A stretch of 13,565 bases of DNA from positions 1 through 13,565 of the forward strand of contig JAWLEA010000016.1 in assembly GCA_041686345.1 (NCBI GenBank), written 5' to 3'. The DNA comes from Polyangia bacterium. GTDB taxonomy: Bacteria; Myxococcota_A; Polyangia; HGW-17. Of this stretch, positions 6,973 through 13,565 are shown piece by piece; position 1 is the stretch's first letter; each line of letters opens with the position of its first letter. Under the pieces are notes generated by a model. That model saw only the letters and a program-made list of their open reading frames with translations, had not been told where the DNA came from and made no database searches. Both the position numbers and the translations under genes were made by a program.

Positions 6973-9249
6973 TTATTTTTTGGTGGTTTTTGTCTTTTTT
7001 TGCTTGAGAATTTTGAATTCCACTCTTCTGTTCTTGCGACGCAACCTTGCAGAAATATTGGCATATCTAGGTCTGTTTTTACCGTAACCTTTTACTTCAA
7101 GGCGAGAAGCTTCAACTCCTTGTTTGACCAGATATTTTTTAACTGCTTGAGCCCGTTTGCGGGAAAGCTTGAGATTATAACTTGAAGAACCGTGATTGTC
7201 GGTGTGGCCTTCGATTCTGACTTTTAAAACTTCGGGATGTTCGATCAAAATTGAAGCAACTGCATCAAGAGTTTCATAAGAACGCGATCTCAAAACAGCT
7301 TTGGCGTATTTGAAATGGATTCGTTTTTTAATACTGATTTTTTTGTAGCGTTTGCTGAGTGTAGCAACACTGCGCTTTGGTTTGCGTTTCAGACTTATTT
7401 GCAAATCCATTTTTTTGCATTTGGACATGGTGATAGTTTTTGAACGACTGAAATATTTGTCCTTTTTGAACACCACCTGATAAGCACCAGGCCTTACCTT
7501 GAGAACCACTTTTCCTTCTGGATCAGTGGAGCCTTCCCTGGTTAAGGAGTTGCCTTTCATTGTTTCGCCTTTAATTTGAACTTTAGCTTTTGACAAAGGT
7601 TTATTCTTTTTCTCACTTTTTACAAATACAGAAACAGGGCATGGTTTTGCCTGTTTGGATTTGAGTTTTACAATCAGGCTTTTTTGAGGTGTTTCCTTGT
7701 TAATTTTAACTTCAACTTCCTTGTTGTGATAACCTTTTTTCCAAAACTTCATTTTATACTTGCCGGGAGCCAATTCATAGGAAACAAAGCCACCGGATTC
7801 ATCACTTGATTGATCGCTTTTACCCAATCCTACATAGGAAATTTTAACTTTAGGCAACGGGTTTTCCTTGTCATCAATAACTTTACCAAGAATAATTCCT
7901 TTGAATTCCTTTTTGTCTACTTCCTTTATCTTTTCCTTGACCACTACTTTAGGCTTGCAAACAGCCGGAGCTGCGGTAGTACCAGGGGTTTTGTAATAAG
8001 TGATTCCAGCAAAAAGATTGTAAACGGGCAAAGAAGGAGAAACTGCATAACCTGGATAATCAAGTGCCAGTTCAACTCCACCCTGAACAACAAAATTTTT
8101 GGCGAATTGGTATTTCAAGCCGAAGGTCAACTGTTGGGAAAGAGCATCGTCAGGAGAACCTCCACCTGAAACATCAACTCTGTCCTGCCAGGTAAGCAGA
8201 TTGGAATCTGCTGAATCGGTAAAATAATTTAAATTGTAATCAACAAAGGGGATAATAAGATTGCCGGCAAGATTAATTGGAAATTCAAGCCCTGCAGTGA
8301 AGTTGATCCTGCTTCTGGAAACCCCCATAGCGAACTGTCTGACAACATATTGATAAAAAGGTTCCATACTGGCGTTTTCAGAAGAAAGTGGAGAATCTTC
8401 CATGAGAGCATAGGAATTGTCATAAATAAAACCGAGATTGACATGTCCTATTATTCGGAGAGGCAAAGAACCTCTAAGCCCTTTACTGTCAAAACGAGCC
8501 AAGCCGATCGCTCCAAGGGAACTGGCAGCCGGATCGGGATAAACCTGACCCACTCCACTCACAAGTTTGCCAAATCCCTGCAAACCCAAATTCAAAAAAC
8601 TGTTAACCGGATAGACATATTTGACAGAAAAAAGAAAATCTCCTAGAGCCGATTGCATATCAGGCTCGGCAGATAATACCTCATGATTTCTTTCATTTAC
8701 ATTGGCGTGGGCAAAAACAGAAGCTGAAATTTCGAAATTATGTGGCAGAAAAATTCCCCATGAAATAAGTCCTCCAAACCTGGAATTCTTTTCATTAGCA
8801 TCAGCTATAATAAAATCAGACCAGGAAAAATAATCCATTCCGTAGCCCAGATAAAAAGTCCAGGGCTTTGCGGTTGCAGCTGCAGCAGTATAACGAAGAC
8901 CAACATTTCCGTTTTTGTTGATACTGGGAAAAACCGAATAATCGGAGATAGATCTCGAAGCAGTACCAGAACTTTTTTCTGTTTTTGCAGTTTTTTCATC
9001 AGTCAACTTTGTTTTGTCGGCGTCAGATCCAGGTTTGAGTTTTTCTTGAGATGTATCATTTTGTGCAGCTTCAACTTCTTTCGATTCCGGCTTTTTATCT
9101 TTATCATCTGCAAGAGCTGCAAAAGATGATTTTTCAGGTTTTTCTTCATTTTTATTTTCGGTCGCATCAGTTGTTTTATTTTGAGCAACAGCAGAATTCC
9201 AAACAAAATTTGAAAACAATATTATTAAAAGGGAAAAAACCGCTTTCAT
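6973..9249 (-). CDS. OmpA-family outer-membrane protein of about 758 aa. It has a signal peptide, a Lys/Glu-rich disordered region, a putative beta-barrel/porin-like region, two CarboxypepD_reg-like (transthyretin-like) domains and a C-terminal OmpA peptidoglycan-binding domain. The likely start is the ATG at 9249 with a GGAGGT Shine-Dalgarno.
   Basis: Signal peptide 'MKAVFSLLIILFSNFVWNSAVAQ'. OmpA_C motifs 'IEGHTDNHGSSSYNLKLSRKRAQAVKKYLVKQGV...NRRVEF'. CarboxypepD_reg-like segments 'GIILGKVIDDKENPLPKVKISYVGLG...GGFVSYELAPGKYKMKF' and 'KAKVQIKGETMKGNSLTREGSTDPEGKVVLKVRPGAYQVVF'. The middle region is rich in aromatic/Gly alternation typical of a beta-barrel. Confidence 0.85.
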   Translation of the reverse strand: MKAVFSLLIILFSNFVWNSAVAQNKTTDATENKNEEKPEKSSFAALADDKDKKPESKEVEAAQNDTSQEKLKPGSDADKTKLTDEKTAKTEKSSGTASRSISDYSVFPSINKNGNVGLRYTAAAATAKPWTFYLGYGMDYFSWSDFIIADANEKNSRFGGLISWGIFLPHNFEISASVFAHANVNERNHEVLSAEPDMQSALGDFLFSVKYVYPVNSFLNLGLQGFGKLVSGVGQVYPDPAASSLGAIGLARFDSKGLRGSLPLRIIGHVNLGFIYDNSYALMEDSPLSSENASMEPFYQYVVRQFAMGVSRSRINFTAGLEFPINLAGNLIIPFVDYNLNYFTDSADSNLLTWQDRVDVSGGGSPDDALSQQLTFGLKYQFAKNFVVQGGVELALDYPGYAVSPSLPVYNLFAGITYYKTPGTTAAPAVCKPKVVVKEKIKEVDKKEFKGIILGKVIDDKENPLPKVKISYVGLGKSDQSSDESGGFVSYELAPGKYKMKFWKKGYHNKEVEVKINKETPQKSLIVKLKSKQAKPCPVSVFVKSEKKNKPLSKAKVQIKGETMKGNSLTREGSTDPEGKVVLKVRPGAYQVVFKKDKYFSRSKTITMSKCKKMDLQISLKRKPKRSVATLSKRYKKISIKKRIHFKYAKAVLRSRSYETLDAVASILIEHPEVLKVRIEGHTDNHGSSSYNLKLSRKRAQAVKKYLVKQGVEASRLEVKGYGKNRPRYANISARLRRKNRRVEFKILKQKKTKTTKK

Positions 9250-9344
9250 TTTTACCTCCACATACTGGTAATGTATTTTTTGGCAGACATAGTTAGTTTT
9301 TTAGCACACATTCCATAAAATTAAAATTGTATTCTGCAAGTAAT

Positions 9345-10223
9345 TCAATTTACTGATTGGGCACAGCGAAAACCAAGTTGAGGAGCAAAAAATTCTGCCG
9401 GAACCACCTGCCTGATTGTAGTTCTGATACTGGCAGGGCTATCAAGGCAGGAGCCTCCCCTGATTATATGGTTCTTTTTTTTATCTTCTTTAATTTTAAT
9501 AGATTCCAACCGATTATAACCTGCTTTTCTGCCTTTTGGATCATTTTGCTTGTCCCAGGATTCTTTCAGGGTTGCAGTCCATTCCCAAACATTACCCGCT
9601 TGATCCATGGTTCCATAGGGAGATTTTCCCTGAGGACAGGAGCCAACAGGCTTAGGTGCCAATGAAGAACATTGATTAAAAACAGCTTTTTTGCAATCGG
9701 GAGGAGATTCACCCCAGGGATAACGACGAGCATCCGTCCCGCGAGCAGCTTTTTCCCATTCAAATTCTGAAGGCAGACGTTTATCAACATATCTGCAATA
9801 ACGGGAGGCATCCTTAAAAGTTATACCAGAAACCGGGAGACTATTTTCCAACTGCATTTCCAACCGAGGCGAGGAACATATATTGGCTTTAATGCATTTT
9901 TCGTATTCTCCCCAAGTAACTTCAAATTTATCGATAAAAAAACTGTCAACAAAAACCATTTTCTGGGGTTTTTCCAATCTGCCTCCTGCTGTATTACCCA
10001 GGTAAAACTTGCCTGCAGGAATAAAAACCATACCTGCAGGAGCCTTTTTGGAGGTTTTCACAGGAACATTTTCCAAATCCACACATTTGTGTTGTAGACA
10101 TAATTTTCCAGAGTCACACTGGGAATTTGAAACACACTCGCCCCAATCTTCTGAATAAACTACTTTGTTTCTCTCTTTACATCCAAATGTCAGAAAAAAC
10201 AAACAAAATAGAAATGTTTTCAA
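9345..10223 (-). CDS. Formylglycine-generating-enzyme (FGE-sulfatase/SUMF1) family lipoprotein with a Cys-rich N-terminal mini-domain. TTG start with an AGAGGA Shine-Dalgarno.
   Basis: Lipobox 'LTFGC'. Cys-rich segment 'EDWGECVSNSQCDSGKLCLQHKCVD'. FGE-sulfatase signatures: 'MVFIPAGKFYLG', 'VSGITFKDASRYCRYVDKRLPSEFEWEKAARG', 'GNVWEWT', 'RGGSC' and 'GFRCA'. Confidence 0.8.
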   Translation of the reverse strand: MKTFLFCLFFLTFGCKERNKVVYSEDWGECVSNSQCDSGKLCLQHKCVDLENVPVKTSKKAPAGMVFIPAGKFYLGNTAGGRLEKPQKMVFVDSFFIDKFEVTWGEYEKCIKANICSSPRLEMQLENSLPVSGITFKDASRYCRYVDKRLPSEFEWEKAARGTDARRYPWGESPPDCKKAVFNQCSSLAPKPVGSCPQGKSPYGTMDQAGNVWEWTATLKESWDKQNDPKGRKAGYNRLESIKIKEDKKKNHIIRGGSCLDSPASIRTTIRQVVPAEFFAPQLGFRCAQSVN

Positions 10224-10242
10224 AATAATCCTCTTTTTTAAT

Positions 10243-10405
10243 AGTTCCCATCCCAGAAGTGGTGTTTTTGACTGGGGAAGAAATTGGATTGAGATGCGCG
10301 GAATAACTTCGCCGACATAGTTGATACTATTTCAAGAAGTTATGACAAAGCAGATTAATTCAATTTCCGTCGCCAGACGATGACATCCATTTTTGGGATG
10401 GAACT
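10243..10405. mobile_element. MITE-like repeat element, copy B, complete at about 163 bp. Terminal inverted repeats are AGTTCCCATCCCA (10243-10255) and TGGGATGGAACT (10394-10405). It sits between the large lipoprotein gene and the RBS of the FGE-family gene.
   Basis: Its internal sequence is 85-90% identical to the reverse complement of 1..145. The two ends are mutually inverse complementary. It contains no ORF. One sequence line near 10200 appears to hold 59 characters, so coordinates here may be off by 1. Confidence 0.6.
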
Positions 10406-10462
10406 AAATAACCTTGTTTAAAAAAATAAACAACTTGGTACTTCAGGTCAAAATAAAAATTT

Positions 10463-12457
10463 TTAATTAAGATCTTTTCGGCGAACTTCGTTTTGGTTGA
10501 ATTGAAGACTTGTACAAGGGGTCGATGTAACCAGAGGAGGTGAAGTTGAATTATCAAGAGTTCCGGTGCAATCAGGTGCGAGCGATTCGTTTTGACATTC
10601 TGCCGATTGGGGGCCCTGTACAGGATCATAATTGTATTCAATGCAAATCCTCAGGGGTCGACTGACACCTGCATTGCCTGCATTATCGACAGCCTTGACT
10701 GCAGCACAAGTCCACCCTTCCGAAATATTATTGGCCAGGGAATCAAATTGAATTCCTGCACATAAGGTGGGATTGGTGGAATCTACCGGAGGCAGGGTGT
10801 AAATAGCCGGTTCAGACATATCATAAGTATACCAGACAGCAGTGGTAATATCTCCGGAAACTACAGGACAAAGGGGATCAGGAGGATCAGTATCATCTCC
10901 GGGAGCCTCACAGCCAATACCCGGATCGGGTAAGGAGGAATCAACCGTAAAATCTGCACTTCCGGTGGGATCAATTTTATACATTTGAAGCATAAGGGTT
11001 TCCAGGGAACTGCCGGTAAGATGAACAGTGGGAACAAGTTCCGGGTTGATACTGTCACAAATGCCATCGCTGTTAGAGTCGACAACCAGAGGATGATCAG
11101 CATCGTCAAGGATATATAGTTCAACTGAAGAATGATCAACCAGAGAAAGTGGGGTATAAACACTTCCGGGAGCATTATTCCCCTGATCTTCAACTCTTGC
11201 CCGTATCCAGAACAATTGGGAAACAACTTCCATGTCATCGACTGCACTTTCCCCTACAGGATCGAATTCCCAAGAACAACTGATGAGGCCGTCAGCATTT
11301 TCTTCGGCCAACCTGAAATTTTCTGGAGGATCCATACTTGCCAGAGGCGAAGTATTGTCCAAAGCAATCTCGAAACCGATTGAAGCTTCATTTTCAAGTT
11401 GATCTGAAGCAAAAACCTGTAGAGCCGGCCAGACAAAATTGGTGGGAAGAACAGAAGTATCAAAGGAACCGGCATAGGCATCAGTTCCTTGAACCTTGGC
11501 AAGGGGTATTTCGTAGTTTAAATCATTATTGCCGATAATGGCAAAAACAGATGAAGTTTGAACACCAGCCGGATCGACAATCTCAGCCTCAATCTGAATA
11601 ATCCCTCCAACAATTTCGCCGGGAGAATGGGAAAGGATCGAAATAACAGGACCGTTGTTGTCAATTGTAAAATCAACTTCCCTGGTAGCACTGTTGGTTA
11701 AAGAATTGAAAGCCTCTAAAACAATTCTTTTTTCACCTGTCAGGGGTGGAGAAAAAATTGAATCTTCAAAAACAATCTCGGTATTGTATGTAACAGTAAG
11801 GGGATTGCCGTTTGCTGTCTCAGTTGATTCATTATCTACAGTCAATTCAATTTCAACATTTCCAATAAAACAATTGGTATCACCGGGAATTATCCCGTCG
11901 TTGTCATATACTGTAAAGGAAAGATTGAGAGCACCGTGATAACGATCACCATCTTCCGGAGAATGAACTGTAAAAGTAGGTCCCTTATCCAGATTAAAGG
12001 TGCCATCTGTATAAGAAGTCCTGCCTTGAACATCTTGAGCCGTAATTCTGAAGGTAGTATCTCCGTCAGGAATTTCCGAGAGGTCGATTGTGACCATAAA
12101 GCCATTGTCTGTGGTGGGATCCACAGTCATTGAATATTCATCTCCCTCAACAGTTACCATGACAGAACCATAATCCACACTTGAACTTCCTGATACTATG
12201 ACTGCTTTAATCTTTAGAAAATCAGCACTTACAACCTGCCCGGTCTCAGGGCTGGTTATGGTGATTTCGGGACCATCTGGATCAGCGTCAGGGACATCAG
12301 GAAGTTCAGTATGATCTTGGGAACCGTCGGCATCAATCCCAGTATCTTCAACTCCTGAATCATTTGGAGGCACTGGATTGTAGTCATCATCGTTTTCACA
12401 TCCCCCGGAAAAAACCATTAAGAAAAGGATTATCAGGATTTTAAAGCTAATTTTCAT
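10463..12457 (-). CDS. Large acidic lipoprotein of 664 aa. It is probably cell-surface or periplasmic and built from multiple beta-sandwich-like domains. ATG start with a GAGGTG Shine-Dalgarno.
   Basis: Signal peptide plus lipobox 'LMVFSGGC'. Asp/Thr/Ser/Gly-rich composition with periodic hydrophobic-alternating beta patterns. Several Cys pairs in the C-terminal third. No catalytic motif recognised. Confidence 0.7.
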   Translation of the reverse strand: MKISFKILIILFLMVFSGGCENDDDYNPVPPNDSGVEDTGIDADGSQDHTELPDVPDADPDGPEITITSPETGQVVSADFLKIKAVIVSGSSSVDYGSVMVTVEGDEYSMTVDPTTDNGFMVTIDLSEIPDGDTTFRITAQDVQGRTSYTDGTFNLDKGPTFTVHSPEDGDRYHGALNLSFTVYDNDGIIPGDTNCFIGNVEIELTVDNESTETANGNPLTVTYNTEIVFEDSIFSPPLTGEKRIVLEAFNSLTNSATREVDFTIDNNGPVISILSHSPGEIVGGIIQIEAEIVDPAGVQTSSVFAIIGNNDLNYEIPLAKVQGTDAYAGSFDTSVLPTNFVWPALQVFASDQLENEASIGFEIALDNTSPLASMDPPENFRLAEENADGLISCSWEFDPVGESAVDDMEVVSQLFWIRARVEDQGNNAPGSVYTPLSLVDHSSVELYILDDADHPLVVDSNSDGICDSINPELVPTVHLTGSSLETLMLQMYKIDPTGSADFTVDSSLPDPGIGCEAPGDDTDPPDPLCPVVSGDITTAVWYTYDMSEPAIYTLPPVDSTNPTLCAGIQFDSLANNISEGWTCAAVKAVDNAGNAGVSRPLRICIEYNYDPVQGPQSAECQNESLAPDCTGTLDNSTSPPLVTSTPCTSLQFNQNEVRRKDLN

Positions 12458-12585
12458 AAAAACACCTCAATAATAATATAGTTTACAACTCCCTGTCTTG
12501 GCAAATATTTTCTTGGTCTCAACAAACAAAAATTTTGTATTTATTAACAGGATTAGATGATTTGGATTTGAAAAACTGTAAAATT

Positions 12586-12625
12586 GGGTTCAGATAAAAA
12601 ACTTGAACCCCATTTTAAATTGTAA
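12586..12625 (-). terminator. Candidate intrinsic terminator for the upstream minus-strand gene. Stem GGGTTCA / TGAACCC (7 bp), 11-nt loop, followed on the minus strand by a T-rich tract (AATTTTACAGTTTTTC).
   Basis: Read directly from 12586-12610: 'GGGTTCAgataaaaaactTGAACCC'. It lies about 65 nt downstream of the stop at 12675 and before the next gene's promoter region. Confidence 0.35.
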
Positions 12626-12674
12626 AAATTACAGTTGAAAAATCAGAAGGGAATTTAAACAAGAAGTGATGTTT

Positions 12675-13565
12675 TTATACATATTTCTGGCAATTATCGC
12701 ACCAATTGCGCTGATATTGCTGAATATATCGAGTTGGTCCACCACAGGTAGTGCATCTTTTACTTTGAGGTTGAGCCTGCTGCTGAGGTTGAGCCTGTTG
12801 CTGAGGTTGAGCCTGCTGCTGAGGTTGAGCCTGCTGCTGGGGTTGAACCTGCTGTTGGGGTTGAACCTGCTGTTGTGGTTGAGCCTGCTGCTGGGGTTGA
12901 GCCTGTTGCTGGCCAAAATTATTGCCAGGCTGAGCTCCCATGGCTCCGCCGGCGGCCACACCGCCCATTGCCTGACCCATGCCGGAATTTTGGGCTTTTT
13001 GAAGCATATTGTTTGCTTTTTCTACAAAAGAATTGGGAAGAAAAGTTTGAACTGCACCTTCTTCTTTGAAATTCTTGACATAATACATGATACAAAAAAT
13101 AAAGGCAGGCAGAAGAGTAAGAACAGAGGAAAGAGCAAAATCAAAACCGTTGTTTTTGAATTCGAAGGTGAACAGGATACGGATAAGCTCTGAAAGTTGC
13201 AAAAGGCCGATAAAGCCAACTAAGAATACAGCAAGTGCATAGAAAAGTTTGCGGGGTATGAAATTCTTTTTGACATCCAGTTTGACCAGAATGAATTCCA
13301 CAATAACTATCACCAGAGTGTAGCCGATGAAAATGGACAAGGAAGTCTTGATGCCCTCTCCAATTCCAACGGGACTGCTGAATATTTTGCCGACAAATGT
13401 ATTGAGAAACCCGGTTACGGACATTATTGCCCCGAGAAAAAAGGACAATTGGATGGAATAAAGTACGACCTTAAGGAAAAGTAGTTTATCCTGCTTTTCC
13501 TCATCTTTGTCTTTTTGAAGCATGAATGCCAAAGCGAAAAGAATGGGAATAAAAATAGCTGACAT
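12675..13565 (-). CDS. Integral membrane protein with about 4 TM helices. Its cytoplasmic tail is a Gly/Met-rich segment, then a (QQQAQP/QQQVQP)x8 repeat, then a terminal zinc ribbon. The N-terminus may extend beyond the window edge.
   Basis: TM segments 'IFIPILFALAFML', 'LSFFLGAIMSVTGFL', 'IFIGYTLVIVIVEFILV' and 'LFYALAVFLVGFIGLL'. Tail 'SGMGQAMGGVAAGGAMGAQPG...QQQAQPQQQAQP...'. Zinc ribbon 'CTTCGGPTRYIQQYQRNWCDNC'. The ORF reaches position 13565 with an ATG, but no in-frame upstream stop is visible. Confidence 0.65.
   Translation of the reverse strand: MSAIFIPILFALAFMLQKDKDEEKQDKLLFLKVVLYSIQLSFFLGAIMSVTGFLNTFVGKIFSSPVGIGEGIKTSLSIFIGYTLVIVIVEFILVKLDVKKNFIPRKLFYALAVFLVGFIGLLQLSELIRILFTFEFKNNGFDFALSSVLTLLPAFIFCIMYYVKNFKEEGAVQTFLPNSFVEKANNMLQKAQNSGMGQAMGGVAAGGAMGAQPGNNFGQQQAQPQQQAQPQQQVQPQQQVQPQQQAQPQQQAQPQQQAQPQQQAQPQSKRCTTCGGPTRYIQQYQRNWCDNCQKYV
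12768..12912. repeat. 18-nt tandem repeat in about 8 copies (GGTTGAGCCTGCTGCTGA and variants). It encodes the QQQAQP repeat.
   Basis: Direct reading. Copies differ by synonymous or conservative changes (gagc/gaac, ctg/ttg). Confidence 0.9.

Noticed and set aside
10360-10641. 93-aa minus-strand ORF overlapping the MITE-like copy B and the 3' end of the lipoprotein gene.
   Set aside because: It overlaps a repeat element and another gene's end, the protein is implausible, and it has no Shine-Dalgarno.

Overview
The window is AT-rich (roughly 38-40% GC by eye) and almost entirely coding on the minus strand. I can support eleven genes and several repeats; no tRNA, rRNA or CRISPR array is visible.

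Gene content, in minus-strand transcription order:
- 12675..13565: N-terminally cut 4-TM membrane protein with a Gly/Met-rich and (QQQAQP)n tail ending in a zinc ribbon.
- 10463..12457: 664-aa acidic lipoprotein.
- 9345..10223: FGE-sulfatase (SUMF1) family lipoprotein with a TTG start.
- 6973..9249: OmpA-family outer-membrane protein carrying two CarboxypepD_reg-like domains. This implies a diderm host.
- 6571..6927: small 4-TM protein.
- 6074..6559: 161-aa predicted helical protein.
- 4665..5966: SPFH/Band-7 protein with three C-terminal zinc ribbons (COG4260, B. subtilis YdjI-like).
- 3716..4558: charge-block protein with a globular N-domain, a near-perfect 23-aa acidic tandem repeat and a (KKKKS)6 tail.
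- 2735..3571: S66 LD-carboxypeptidase (LdcA/MccF family).
- 1183..2724: CHAT (caspase-like) protease with a transmembrane helix and an unknown C-terminal domain.
- 141..1136: the conserved GTPase Obg.

Top candidates for something novel:
1. A membrane-anchored CHAT caspase tightly paired with an S66 LD-carboxypeptidase.
2. A packed stress/membrane-remodelling-like cluster of OmpA, TM protein, helical protein, SPFH-zinc-ribbon protein and the acidic/poly-Lys repeat protein.
3. A roughly 160-bp MITE-like element with terminal inverted repeats, present in two inverted copies 10 kb apart (1..145 and 10243..10405), each abutting a gene boundary.
4. Two unrelated membrane-associated proteins that share a low-complexity Gly/Met/Gln linker followed by a C-terminal zinc ribbon.

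Several genes use TTG starts with strong Shine-Dalgarno sequences. Because one printed sequence line appears one character short, coordinates near 10200 may be off by 1 nt.
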